A stretch of DNA of 64,000 bases. It comes from Paraspadella gotoi. Lineage: Eukaryota > Animalia > Chaetognatha. The stretch covers positions 11,507,832 to 11,571,831 of the forward strand of contig CM119264.1 in assembly GCA_051294375.1 (NCBI GenBank). The letters are read 5' to 3'. Below, one piece after another: positions 37,920 through 53,619 of this stretch (its first letter is position 1; the number at the start of each line of letters is the position of its first letter). Position numbers and translations under genes: made by a program. The notes below the pieces were generated by a model. The model had not been told where the DNA came from and made no database searches. It saw only the letters and a program-made list of their open reading frames with translations.

Positions 37920-40217
37920 TTTAAAGTTTCGTTCCAGATGATGAAATACACAAATCGCGAGTGATTTGTCTAGTGCTCAATGATTACCGGTAGGAATCGG
38001 GTTAAATTTGTACTTCGTTGAGTTAAACTTTTAAAAATTTGAACATTTGAAAATTTTGAAAGTGCTGTAGTTCGCAGTCATAATGATTAATGAAGAATGA
38101 ATACCGCGTCTTTAAGATGACTCAGCCTCAGAGAACAGATAAGAAAAGAAGCGAAGAAGGCTGCCAGCACTTGTGAGAATCTCGTCTAACAAAAGAACAT
38201 CTCGTCTCGAAAAATTCAAGGAATGAACGAGTGAAAGTGAAAAAATCGGTAATCGGTTTATTGAAAATATAAATAATTTCACGATGTTTTCCTATGATCA
38301 TAAAGTGTCTTTATTATGAAAGTTTCAACATTACCATCTATTGTAATTGTTAAAAAGTTCATTTATTCAATAAAAAATATACAAAACACGAGTAAAACAT
38401 GCTTAATATTTGATTTCACACTACATCTACAGATTTAACAATTTTTTTGCTAGCTAGTTACCTTACCTTATTTTAACAAAATATTTATAAAGGAAGAATT
38501 TGAATTGGTACAAATTATTATCTAAATTACGATATTTTTCTACTTTTGGTCTCCTTCATATTTATTATTACGTAAACTGAGAGAAAAAAATTTAACGTCA
38601 GATCCCGTTCCAGACAGAGAGAGGCTTAAGGAAAAAAGTTTTAAAAAATAATAAGACAAAACAATCCTGACATTTAGCGATTTCCAAAGTATATTTAAAT
38701 TTTTTCCCTCTCCTCGAGATTTTCTCTCCATTTCATAAAGTGTAAATTAGGAAATTGAATCGAAACCAAAAAAAAGTCAGAATGAAATGGAATGAGGACA
38801 ACGGGATCGAGGGACAATGACGCAGCGAGAAATAAGTCTCCGGATTTCATTCTGGAAGGTCGACGGCAGGGATGGAAGTGGCACCGCAGTGGCACTCAAG
38901 TGGCGCTGCCGACTCATCGCCGGTGCACCGAAATCTTAATCCACGATAATCGCCGGAACAGCGACTTCAGCGAGGAATGTAACTCAGAAAATCATTTCAA
39001 TTAGAACTACGTATAATGATGAGGATTCGTTGGCCCTATTTTCCCAATTCGCCCCATTTCATTTCATCATAGATTAAAGTTAAAATGAATATTAAGGATT
39101 AAGGAACAGAACCGGACCGCTTTTTGAAAATAAAGCCAGGTATGAAACATTTGAAGTTCGGAGCATTTCATTGGAAATATGTTTATCGACCGTATAAAAA
39201 AATTTTTACGTACAATTGAGAAAGTAAAACAATTTTCATTTATTACCTAAAAAAAAAGATATTTTTTTGTCGTCTCTGGAATTCCTAACAGCTTTTGATG
39301 ATTGTTCGCGAATGTTTAAGTACATTAGGTACATTAGGTACATTCTCATTAGCCATTTGCTTTCTGAAATTCTGCGAAACTCTTTGGCTTAATTTCGCCG
39401 GTGACGAGCCGTGCCGCTGTCACCGCCGACGCTACTCTAAAAAAAGTCAGAATGGAATCGTTAAGTGATTTTCGAACTTAACTCTTCCGTTTCTTCCCTC
39501 TTCCCTTTTTTTTTCTCCGCATCCGAAAGCCATTCCATCCGCCGAAAATCTTTTTCTTCTCGTTAAACCCTTAATTATTTTATTATTCGCTGAACGGGAG
39601 AAACCAAAAAAAGCCTGAAATATTTTTTTTTTTGCAAAAGGGTTAATGTAATTGGCTCTTCGAGAATACGAGATTTCAACGTTTACTATTTTACGGCCCT
39701 CGAAAAGTAAGTTCGGGCCTCGACGAAAAATAATCCAATTTTTTTAAAATTCTTTAAAAAATTCTGGAATCATCGAAGAAATTAATTGATAACTATTCTC
39801 GAAACGCAAATATCGATAGATTGTCTGTCATTGTGCGCAGAGAACTATTAGTTTCGTTACTTATCGTTCTTTACGCCAGAATCAGATTTTAATAACATGA
39901 AGTAATGAATAAAGAGTTTCTTAATAACTTTTTGATAGATCTGATATATCTGACTCAATTAAAATACCTGCCGCAAATAGGAAGAACAAAATATATTTGA
40001 GAGTAAAAAATTGCAGAATTCTTTTTTATTGCAGTACTATAAACCGGATTTTTTTTGGAAATTTTGTTTTCCGATTTTAATTTCGACCAAAAGTCAAATT
40101 TGAAATATACCGGTAGACAGACGAAACAAATAATAACGATCTGTGCGCAAAATGTATTTACCGAAATCGTTTAAAAATACTCGATACATTTTCGACGAAA
40201 TCTGTTCCTCGATTAGG

Positions 40218-42127
40218 ATGACATCGAAATCGTCGATGCCGACGCCAGTGGCGCTGCAAGACTTGCGTCAAACGTTAGCGCGTCACGACCAGAGCCACCT
40301 CTTGCGATTTTGGGACGAGTTGGACGAAGACCATCGACAAAAATTGTTTTCCGATTTAACGTCGATCGATTTTGAAGAGGCGAGTCTTGTTATCGTGATC
40401 GGCATTCCATCGTCCGGGGGCTTGCTTCGGTGCCGTTGGCGTCCGTTGTACATTTTTGCGGTTTTGACTTATTTTCAGGTTCAGCGAAATGTTGACGAGT
40501 CCAAAACGAATTTAGCTTCTTTGCGAGCGGTCAAGCTGGAATCTAAAAAATTGGAACCGGTTCCTGACGAAGGACGCGGGGCCGTTCGGCAATGCAGCGC
40601 CGACGAATTGGAGGCGTATAGGCGTCGAGGTTTGTTCATTTGTTCTATTGAAACGAACTCTGTTGGCTTGCGCTTGTCTCCGCTCCAAGTGCGCGACTAA
40701 ATTATAATCAAATTCTTCTACATGACCTGTATATTATATAAACATTAAACATTATACAATTTTACACTATGTGATTCGTTTTTAATCACTCTCATACTAA
40801 TTTACGAAATATTTGGCGAACAAAAAGCATGATTTTATTAGTTTTATTATTATAAGGTCACCTCTTATCAGCTATCTTTATTATTTTGATTTGGAAATTA
40901 CTTCTAAACCGGTTTGCCATTTTATTCTTTTCTTTTTTTCAATTTTTTCTTCTTTACTTTAGAACCTTTTTTTCAATTTTTTTCCCATTATCTTTCTCCT
41001 CGTAACAAGTGAGAAAAGTGACACCTAGCGGTCGACGACGACACTCCGACCTTAGCGGTTAGGCGGTCGAAACATCTTCCAAAGGCGCCGACACCGACGG
41101 CGAAAAAATTGCTCAGTAATCGAGCAAAAACAAAAAAAACCAAAAATTAGTGAAAAATTTTAAAGATATCATTGTTGTTAATTTTTTTATTCTTTTTTTA
41201 TTTTCTGTCGCTGAAAGGGGCCTTTTACGACGTATACATATATTTATTTATTTATTATAATAAAGTCTCGCATTCGATGGCAAGTTCTTACCTATAATAG
41301 ATGTCCTCATCTGTAACCTGACCGAAATTTTCGATGAAAGTTCGACGTCAAGTCTAAAATGTCTCCCATTTTCCAGATCAGGACTACTTTACACAACTGA
41401 CCATCGTTGTTTTTTTCTCAATCCTCCCATCGCTACACTAATTCTTTCTCCGAGCCAAATCTTTCTCTTTTTTTTCTCTCTTGTGATTAAAAGCCTCGGC
41501 TCCTTAACCTCTCCCCGTCTGCGACGATTCGCCAAAAAAGCAAAGTTCGACACCAAAAATTAAGAGAGAAAAAAAAAGATAGAAAAATTGTTCTCCTTTT
41601 TTTTGGATAAAGGTTGGGACGGAAAGAGATGAAAGGGAACCGACGAGTTGGAGCCCGTCGCTGTTTTTTCGTCGAATGTCATCTTTCCCTCCCTACTTAC
41701 CTACAACTCGCTCACCCCACCGCCCAACAACACCTCACTTTTTCCCCTTCGCGTATCATAGATACATTATATATATATTATATATATATCATAGATATAT
41801 ATATTTAAGAAGTTTTTTTAAAGTTTTTGGTTTCGATCGTCCGACGCCAACAGATTTTACAGCCACCCCTTCTACCCCTTCTGTCCAGGGCTGGCGGCGA
41901 TCTCCTCGGGCCGCGTGGGCGTCATCCTCTTGGCCGGCGGACAGGGAACTCGACTCGGATCCGCCGACCCCAAGGGGATGTTCGACGTCGGGCTTCCTTC
42001 GGGCAAATCGCTTTACCAGATTCAGGCGGAGAGACTCTTGACGCTCAAACGCCTCGCCAAGGACAAGGACGGGAATCTGCCCTCCGTTCCTTGGTGACGC
42101 TGTTATTGATTGAAAGATTGATTGAAT

Positions 42128-42219
<92 letters not shown>

Positions 42220-43037
42220 TCGTAATAATCAACGTCAAGATAAACACGTTTATCCTTCATGTCCTGGTGGATGGATTGATTGACACTTGCTCCTTTATGT
42301 TACCTCCTTCAATCTCCAAATCTCAGGTATATCATGACGAGTCCCACGACTCGCGAGCCTACCGCGTCCTTCTTCGCTCGACACGCCCACTTCGGACTTC
42401 CGGGGGAAGACGTCGTCATTTTTGAACAAGGGACGCTGCCCTGCGTCGACTTCGAAGGGAGGATCATCCTGGAGGAGGGGCATCGAGTTTCTCGGGCGCC
42501 AGGTATATCCATCAAATCAATCAATCAAATCAATCAATCAAATCAATCAATCGCCTCGCATCGCTTCAGACGGCAACGGCGGCCTCTATCGAGCCCTCTC
42601 TACCTCCGGTGTCATGAGCGACATCTCGAGTCGCGGGATCGAGTTCCTTCACGTCTACTGCGTCGACAACATTCTCGTCAAGTTGGGCGACCCGACTTTC
42701 CTCGGGTTCTGCGTTTCCAAGGACGCAGACTGCGGCGCCAAGGCGAGGAAGTGGAGAGGGTGCTGGGCGGGAAAATGTGAAGTCCAGATTCGATCATTTT
42801 AAACCATAGAAAACCCCCTTCTTCCCCCTCTCGACCAAAGGTGGTGGAAAAGACTCAGCCACACGAGTCGGTGGGCGTAGTCTGTCGCGTCGACGGCCGG
42901 TTCCAGGTCGTCGAGTATTCCGAGATTTCCTCGGCCGACGCCGAGCGACGCCGGGAAGACGGCAAGCTCGTCTTCAACGCCGGAAGTATCTGCAACCACT
43001 TTTTCCAGACGGAGTTTTTGCGGCGCGTTGTCGAGTA

Positions 43038-43068
<31 letters not shown>

Positions 43069-44880
43069 AAATCAAAATTTTATTACCCTTTAGAACGTTG
43101 AGTCCGAAGATGCCCTTTCACGTGGCTCGGAAGAAAATACCCCACGTCGATCCCTCGTCCGGTTTAAAGGTTTAGTTAAATGTATTAATTAATATTAAAT
43201 GTATTAAATGTATTAAGGAGACCAGTTGCCACCTCTTCGAGCACTCACCTCCCTCTCTTCTCCCTTTTTCACTTGGTCACAACCTCACAACCTCACAACC
43301 TCGCTTTTTCTCCTCCATTTCACTCCATCTCAATGACAACCTCCAGGTGAAGCCACTCAAACCCAACGGAATCAAATTGGAGAAATTCGTCTTCGACGTC
43401 TTCGCTTTCGCCCAAAACTTCGTCTGTTGGGAAGTCGGGCGGAGCCAAGAATTTTCTCCGCTGAAGGTGATCAATGATCCGCTCGAGGTCGTTGCTGTCG
43501 TTGCTGTCGTCGATGCAACTTTTTTTTTTCTCATCGCCCCAATAGAGTTGCTTCAACCCAAATCCTTAACCGAATCTGTAACCAAATCCTTAAGCAAATC
43601 TGTAACCAAATCCTTAAACGAATCCGTAACCAAATCCTTAACCAAACCCGAAACCAAATCCTTAACCAAATCCTTAACCAAACCCGAAACCAAAAATCCC
43701 TAATCTAACCTCGACCCTGTCGCTAACGTGATCTTTGACCCTGGGATGTTAATAGAGAGCTATTTATATTTGATCGATATGACTAGATGTTTATAGTAGG
43801 ATTTACCCGAGTTAGTAGAAGTTTGTTGAGTTGGAATTTTATCGTTACAAACGAGGAAATTATAAGTTTCTTCGACGTCGCTATAACAAGAAGTGCACTA
43901 AAATATTTGCCTCTCTTCTCTCTCCTTTGTTTATCTAAACATCTATTAGGAAACTGACGCGAGAAAGAAAAATATAAGAGAGACTCGACCTTTAATCCAG
44001 TTGATTCTACGGAGACAAAATTTCTTAATTATTCAAAATTAAAGCTTCGTAAAATATTATTGACAATCCCTAACCCCAAACCTAATCTTTAAAAATATGG
44101 CCCCTCTGAGTTTAGTCATCATGTTTTTTCTGCTATCCTTCAGAATGCCGATGACTGCGCGAAAGACACGCCCACCACTTGTCGTCAAGACCTTTTCCGC
44201 CTCCATCGATCCTACGTCGAAGCCGCCGGAGGCGAAATCTTCGACGCCAACCAAAACAAAATGTTAGTTTTTAAAGTTGGGTTCGGGGGAGAAGGGGGCC
44301 TGATAAGGGTTCATGATAGAATCAATGATATGGGTGGGGATAATTTGAAATTCGCAGCGTTGACAAGGAGACCGGATCAGGCGAGATTAATGGTCATTGT
44401 GAGACGAACGGTCATTGCGAGAAGAATGGCCTTTACGAGAACAACGAAAAATTGCCTGTAATTAACGGTTATTCGATCGTGGATCAATTTAAGAACAGGT
44501 AGATCAACTTGTATTTATCAATAATGTTATGGACCTATCAATTATCTCAAATGATTTTTGAATCATTTTTAAATTTTGACGGGATTAATAATCTTTTTTT
44601 AAAATTAGATAAGGGAATTTATATTTTTTTCTTTCCATTGAGAAAAAAAGGAATTATTTTTAGTTGCCAAATCAACGAGCCGTTGGTCTGTGAAATTTCA
44701 CCTTTAATTACCTACGACGGAGAAGTAAGATTACTATTCTATTTAAATGTTTAGTCAACATTATAATTTTTAGTTCTTCCTATTTTGTCGCAGGGTCTGG
44801 AGAAATACGTGTTGGATAAAAAGTTTGAAGCGCCTGTCCTTATCTATGACGAAGCCTTGGATACTTTGATCAAATCCTGA
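40218..44880 (+). CDS. UAP1: UDP-N-acetylglucosamine pyrophosphorylase, 11 exons (40218-40379, 40479-40629, 41889-42093, 42327-42502, 42570-42742, 42841-43034, 43094-43169, 43347-43466, 44144-44262, 44664-44724, 44794-44880)
   Basis: [89 protein letters not shown]. Two GC-AG introns. Confidence 0.96.
42126..42220. repeat. (TTTC)n microsatellite
   Basis: Directly visible in a UAP1 intron. Confidence 0.97.
43556..43710. repeat. Degenerate 12-bp tandem repeat (aaccaaatcctt / aaccgaatctgt)
   Basis: About 12 units visible in a UAP1 intron; produces the TKSL pseudo-peptide repeat. Confidence 0.85.
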
Positions 44881-45341
44881 TATTAACTGTTTCTAGTTGA
44901 CTGTTAAGTCTTTTTGTCAGCTTTGTAAGACGTTTTAAATATGCTAATTTTATTCCAAGTTTTTATATCGCTCCATACTGATAGTTATAGTTTATAAATT
45001 CTAGGTCCGATTAGCGGTAAACTATTGTAACAAACGAATGATGCTTTTTCTATGAGATCAGCGGTCTCATAATCGTATAAATTCATAGCCATATCTTTTC
45101 TGGATAATTTGCTCAACGACAACGTTGTATCTCGATTTTACTTTGTTTTACTTTATTAGTGGTCGGCATTAGTTTACAAATCCAGTTTTTCACGTCATTG
45201 AACTTATTCTTAAAAGAAAATTGTTTTAAATTTAAAATAATTATCTGACAAAAAAGTACAAATAAACAGCCGAAAAGATGTAATTTTTTTTGTTTTTTGT
45301 TTTTTTTTTTTTTTAATGGTTTTATAAAAATGGGGCATTTC

Positions 45342-48300
45342 TCAGTAAAGCTTGGGCCATTTGGCGACTGGGCGGGGCGAAGGCTCAAGCAGCACCCTCT
45401 CTCTCGCCCGGACGAGAAGATCGAAAGCGAGTCCGAGATCGTCGCGATGGCATCGAAAGGCGAGGACGGCGACGCGGAGCCAAATCCGGAAGTCGATGTC
45501 CGTTTGCGCCACGTAGACGTCACCGTCGCGTCGAATCTCCTCCGCCACGCGGCGATTCACTGAAAAAGGGGGCGTGGCAGGGAGGCGGAGGAAAGGGGGA
45601 AATAGTTCGTGCGCGTAGATATTGGACGCCATTCTTTCTCCTTCGTCCATTATCATTTTTTTTTTGCCGTCTACGTTAAACTTAACAATTGGCACAGTTT
45701 CCCAAGACAGTTGTTTAAACTTCACATATGTCTTTTAACTATTTGCGGCTACAAATCGTTTCACTTCCAATTCCTCACCATCGTCGTCGTCGTGATCATC
45801 GTCGACGAATCGGAAGACGACGACGCTGAGTTCTGGGACGGGGCCGACCTCGACGCCGGGTGTGGTCCGCAGTCGCTCGTGGAATTCTCGAGCTAAAAGC
45901 AGCTTCTCCTGTAGGAGGGTGAATGTTGAAAATAGACGGAGTTCCTGAAAGTGCGATTCTGTGTTCTGAGACCGTGTCCGTTCATTTTTCTGTCGGTCAG
46001 TTCGTCCATCCGTCCGTCCCTTCGTCCGTATGTTATTGACACCTCTTCCGTGATAATTGTTGGATAAGCGCTTTCATCAGCGAAAGGGAGAACGAGCCTG
46101 CAGCGTTTCCTTAAAGACTCTTGTGCCGTGATAGAGAAGCGGGAACCAAATCCTGAGTCCCCGAAAGGATCTCGTCAGTTCCGGTGAGATGTCCGACATC
46201 TCCAGATGAGAGTGCTTCGACTCGCGCTCGCAGTCTTGGCTACGGGGCAAAAGGGAGAGGGGGGGCGCAGCGTGAGGGAGTGACAAAAAAAATCAAGACC
46301 GGAAAGGGGTTATAATGGCGGCTATCGTGGAGGCGAGGTTTCGAAGGCTCACCTCTTGAAACTAGAGTCTCGCTGTCTTTGCATGTCCTTGATCAAAATC
46401 ATGCCGCAGCCGAAAGGAATGAAAAGACTCTGGGGATATAAGGAGTCAAAAATTATTAATATGAAGAGATGAGATGAGAAGAGAAAAGAGAAGAGAAGAA
46501 AAGAGAAGAGAAGAGAAGAGANNNNNNNNNNNNNNNNNNNNNGAGAAGAGAAGAGAAGAGAAGAGAAGGGAAGAGAAGAGAAAAGCAGAAAAAAGGAGAG
46601 AGACGAAGAGAACAGAAAAGAAAAAAAAAGAAAAGAAAAGGAGACAAAAGAAAAGAAAGAGTGCCTTACCACAACTCGTTCCTCGTCACCTTGTGCGGGT
46701 CGGCGACAATAGAATCCGCGAGTTCGAGCCCTCGCATCTTCTCCTTCATTTCCTCGACGAGTTTGAAGAATCCTCCGTAGGCGGCGTCGACGTGGAACCA
46801 GCACCCGAATCTCTTCGCCAGCGATGCGATGGAATCGAGGTCGTCGATGGATCCGACTTTGGTGGTGCCTGTTGGCGGATCACCGGATGTTATTCCCTAC
46901 TCCTTTTCGATGAGTAAGCTCCGAATGTCAAGTTGGGAATCAAAGAGATTTCTTTGGCCATGATCACCTCCCGAAACTCCCGAAAAATGTTCTTTTACTC
47001 GAAACGGCAAGTCGGGGTTGTCTTTGAAGTTTGTAGTAGTTATCGTTGTTGTTGTCGCGAAATTATACTTTTGTTTAGGAGTCTACGTCGTTCTTAGAGA
47101 TCGAGGAAGACTTTTTCAATGGAGATTTTCGTTCAAATCTGACTACCAAACAATATAAACGCTCCTGGTAAAAATTCTGGTAAAATATCGATGTAAAAAC
47201 ACTTGATTCCGATCCTGTTGCATCTGAAGGGCTCGCATTTTTTTTCTCTTGTCAAATCATCAACATCTTGATATCAAACAAGCCAGAACAAATAGACTGA
47301 TTCTGGACGGAGAAAATTTCCATCTCTGATTTTATATAGAAATGAAAGGGATTTTTTTCCTTGAAAACGATATAAACGTGACTGAGGTATGTTCCTGTTC
47401 AACAAATGAGGTCCAATTTTGGAATCCTTGTCTGAAGGGCTCTCAAAATTTTTCTTTACATTTTATTAGGTTATTTTTACCATGATACGATCATGGTAAA
47501 GTGAATTAGTCCATTTTGGTGAAATTTTTATTTAAAGTAAAAGTAAAAGAGGAGCTAACGATCGGAATTCTAAGAGTTTTCAACCGGGAGTCAGATTCGG
47601 GAAAAATCTTCTATGGCGAAAATCTTCCAAAGAAGGGGAAAATTTTCCGAAGATTTTGGTTAATATTTTCTATATTTATAGTCGGATTTTTTTGAAACTT
47701 AATATTAACAATATTGCCATCATTCTACCTTGTCCGGTATAAGAATATATTAAAAAAACCTCGGGCTTTGTTCGTCAGAGCTTAGTCCTAACTTTTGTTA
47801 GCCAAACAAAAACAATTTTCAAAGGACTATCTCACAAACTAAGCTCGACCCGAGTTCCCAACATCCCCCTACCGAGGGTAGCGATAACTAGAAAGGGCTT
47901 GAGTCCCTTTCGCGCGTCGTCCTCCATCCACGCCTCCAATTCGTCCGTCCGCATCTTGAAGGCGGAGTCGACGCCGACGTATCGGACGGGGCATTGGGCG
48001 AGACCCACGAAGCGGAGGCCCTTGCCGATGCAGAAGTGCGCCTCTGCCGACGAGTAAACGACATGGCGGTCGATGTCGGCGCCGCGGATGTCGAAGGCTT
48101 CGCGAGCGGCGACGAAGCCTTGGGGCGTGGAAGACGAGAGGAGGAGGAGATGATCAGGTCTCAACCGTTTCAACGTTTCACGAGTGCCGAGACGGTGGCG
48201 TTGGTCATAGAAGTTTTTAAAACAAATTTTATAAGTTCTTACTAAAAACTAAGAACAAGAACTTTTTGATTGTAAAGCCGTTTTGCCGAGGGAGTTGGGT

Positions 48301-48989
48301 CTTATTTGCGCAAACAAATAAATTGAGAAAAGCCTCACCAATCGCGTTAGCTAAACTCCCTCCGGATGTAATGCATCCTCCGTAAGAGTCGACGTCGTAA
48401 CCCAGGAGATCGGCGACCCAATCGAGGACGGAGCGTTCCAGACTCACCGCCCCCGGCGCCACCGTCTTCAGTCCCGGATGCTTGTTCGTCGCCGCCGCCA
48501 ACAGATCGGCCATCGCCGCCAGCGGCACCCCGCCGCCGGGTATGCCGCCGAAATGTCGGCCCGAAGCCGTCGATATCCCCGGCTCCACCACCGCCTCGCG
48601 GAAGATCTCGAGCAGTTCGCCAAAGTCGCGCCCGGACTCATCAAAGGGCAGCGCCGACACCTCGGGGAACGGGCGGTTGTGACGACGGATTCCAGAGAAA
48701 AAGATGGAATATTGCAGATGGAATATTGGAATATTGCAGATGGAAGAACAAAAAACGCTTTCCGGAGACTCTTTCTCCTATTATGATTATCTCTCGACCT
48801 CTAGCGACAAATAGCAATGGAATACACCTTTTGACTTTTCTCCGCTTCAACATAAGCCTTGGCTTCCGGTAAATCGCGCCAAAATCCTTCAACGAATTCC
48901 AAAATGGCGGCGCTGATTCTACTCCACTCGTCCTCATTGAGATCGAGGCTACGCGCGCTTCCTTCCAGTTTCTTTACGAGGTCGGCCAT
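45342..48989 (-). CDS. Group II PLP-dependent decarboxylase (aromatic-L-amino-acid decarboxylase-like, microbial-type subfamily). Exons 48989-48828, 48660-48339, 48118-47873, 46868-46690, 46429-46353, 46239-46098, 45908-45779, 45559-45342
   Basis: TSGGSLANA, AHFCIGK, PFLVIATLGTT..GSIDD, WFHVDAAYGG, ADSIVADPHK (PLP lysine), SPELTRSFRGLRIW, WLRVAVL. Confidence 0.92.
46465..46640. repeat. (AAGAG)n satellite-like tract containing an assembly gap (46522-46542)
   Basis: Directly visible. Confidence 0.95.
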
Positions 48990-50694
48990 TTTTATTTAGC
49001 GCCAGAGGGAGGTTTAAAAAAAATAAAAAAATCGTATTAAAAGAATATTAGTAGCTGATCGGTACTTCAATTTTTAATAAAAGGGTTTTTCTCAATAAAG
49101 ATAAACCCTCAATTCAGTTGATTGATCGTAATTTATTGGTTTGAATAAACTGTGGCTAATCGCCACAAAACGATATTTTCCTTAAAAAACTTTCTTTTTC
49201 TCAGGTATTCGAGCTATTTTGTGACATTTACATACTAAATCAGTTCAAAAATTGACAAAAAAGTGTTGTTGTTTTTTTTTGGCTTCTTATTGCAAATATC
49301 ACATGAAATTCTCAGAGCTAACAAAGGGTACAACGCACAAACAAGGAAAAGGAAAAACAGTTGCTTGGAATGATCAAGTGGGAGAAACATTTTGCGTGAA
49401 TGGCTAAAAAAGGGAATAAAATAATTATTGATTATCAAGGACAAAGAATTTGGCATCTTGCACGTTCAAATTAGGAATTAATAATTCTATGATGATAGTG
49501 CGTTGTTTAATGATATTTTAAAATTAAGTTATGCAGCTCTCAACGGTTCAGTCATATGAATAAAGTTTAACGGTGTGGAATTCTGTCTTTAAAATAAATC
49601 TGATTTTTATAAGTATAATGAGGAATCAATTGTTTCTAATAGTTTTATCATTCTGCAAAACGTCCTTAAAAAGGGAATAGAATTACTTCACTTTGTATTA
49701 AGTCAAGCTCATTAAGTAAATATGCTATGAAATCAAAACAAACCTTTTTTTCAGACCCAGCAACCGGGAATAAATTTTAAATTTATATATTGGTACTAAT
49801 AAACCGTAATAATGACCCCAAAAAGGTTATGCTAGTCAATTTAAACTCATTCAATGACAAGAATTACTCAACCAAATTACTTCAATAAAAATTATTTTTA
49901 AAGCTTGTTCGAAAAATCAAATGTATCTGCTTTTAAAACTCGTAAAAATTAACCCGTGAGGTGAAATTTTACATCGATATAGCCGAAAAGCATGTTTTTG
50001 CCTTGTGTTGTAAATGAGAGACCTGGATCGGACGGAGTAAATTTTAGACGAATGTATTGTAGTAATTAGATTTCAATAATTAACTGAGTCGCTCCTGGCT
50101 TTTTCAAAATACCTAATCAGATTAAAACACTTTTCCTCCAAAAAAATTTAGTTTTAAACATTTGTCCTTAACTACTAATGAGCCTTCAAGGTGCGAAAAA
50201 ATTATACTAGGTAGGAATTTATACAAATTCTTACAACAACGTTTTTCGGAAAGCATCCCATTTTTCAGGATTCCATAAATAAAAATTACAACGCAATCTA
50301 CCGTCAAAGGATCAAAAAGGGTGCTGTGCAAAAAGTGAAGAGGATCCGAAATTATCTACCGGGATTAGAGATACCCTAAAGATACGGTACGTCACTTTTT
50401 CAGTTTTATTGCCAGCGTATTTATTTATAAATTATGAGAATGCACAACGAAAGGATATCATCCGGTGACGCGAAGCGGGCTGAGGAAAGGCAGGGTTGCA
50501 ATGATCGACGTCGGGAGATTTCGTCGTCGTCGTTGTCATTCTTGTCTGACGTCAGTAAAAAGAAAAAGAGGGCGTAGTCGTCGACATCCAATAAGAGAGG
50601 CGTCGATTTTGAAGGGACTCAAAGCCACTAAAGCCTCCATCAGCTCCAAGGGGACGCCGCCATCTCGATAAAAAAAAAATGATCCGACTTGCCG

Positions 50695-52017
<1,323 letters not shown>

Positions 52018-53619
52018 CGCGGACCGAGAGAGTCGCCGGAGCTGAAGCGACTAAAGTCTAAAGCAACGAAGAGAGGGACGGACGAGCGGACGAAGGTACG
52101 GATTCCGAAACTGTTCGTTATCGAACTGGTGGATCGAGCCGGAGGATTAAGTAGGAGGAGACGATGGACGCGAAGAAAAAAGGCGTGACGTGAAAGGAAA
52201 AGTTTTTTTTTCTTGTCTCGATTGAATTTGGGGATTTTTTTTTCTTCAAGTTTCATCCGCGTCTAAATAAAATCCTCGAAGAGAAATAAATTTAATTACG
52301 ATAATCTGTTTTCATTTTTTTTTCTTTCTGTGACCATTTTTTTTTTTCATTTTGGTCTGGCGCAAGCCATACTACTCTTGGAAAAAAATGATGATAAATG
52401 ATGAGGAATATCGCTTAAATGCGCTTTTAAACAAGGATCGGATGGCGGAAGGTGGATGGAGAATAAGTGAAGCAAATTAATGAGATTAGTTAGAGATCTG
52501 TTTGAAAGTAGAGCAGAAGAGGCAGATTAAGGGGAGAAGATGAAAAAAGAAAACATTTAAACCGAAGGATAGAATAATATAGAAAATTAGGTTATGTTAT
52601 TGAAGTCAATAAGCTTTAAGGTCGTCGCAAACTTCAACTCAAATCCAATACATTAGAGATGGCAAACCCAACGCAATATTTTTTAGACAACCAAGTCCAA
52701 GTGTTTCATTGCTTTCGTTCGAGTAATTTTTTTCTCTCTTTCTGCTTCGCTCTCTCTCCAGTCTCCATTTCTACTCTCTCTCTCTATTTTTCCGTCTTCG
52801 CTCTTCTTCTCTCTCGCTCTCTAATCTAACGTTGACGCCATTTAAGCCTCTTCCGTTTCCATGACGACGAAGATGCCAACTGTTGTTGCTTAATCGATTT
52901 TTAAGAGAAGTGGGTGACGAGAGAAACAGAAGAGCAAGGTAGGTAGGTCGCATGAGCGCGAGTAGCAATTCTGATAAGGACACTGGAAGTCGAAATGAGA
53001 TTAAAAGGAAGAGAAAAATGAGTGGGAAAACGATTTTTGCCTAAGATGAATAAAAAAAAATATTACAAGCGATCAATTTTATTATATCTTCTTTCAAGAG
53101 TGACACAAACAATAATTTTTTTAGTTTGATTTAATATAATTGGTATAACCGGTAATCTCAGCACGTCATAGTAGTTTGTTGGTATTTCCTTTTCTTTCAC
53201 TAGAAAAAAAAATTATCAACTAGAAAATTCGATTAAAAAATTAAAAAAGAATTTCATTTTAAGTTTGTGGGAAGGATCGCAGTCCCGATTTATTATTAAA
53301 ACAAACTAAAACAAAATTAACATATGAAACAACTGAGGAACTGTAAGAGAGCGAACCCTATTGAGTATAAGTAAAAGAAGAAAAACAAAAGTTTATCAAC
53401 TCTTTTATGGCTATATTAAAGGGATATATTTTATTGTTTGTTGATTATATGATTAACATGTTTGAGCAAACAATGTCGTATCTGCTCACGATCATTAGCT
53501 GTAAATAATTAATAAATTAATTAATTTGATCTGAAATGTTTGTTTTTAGGTCTTTTCGTCACTGACCACGACAAAAGCAATGACGACGACGATGGTGACG
53601 ACGACAATAATGCCAATAA

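Noticed and set aside
45342-45360. Peroxisomal PTS1 on the decarboxylase (..WPKLY*)
   Set aside because: PKL is not the terminal tripeptide.
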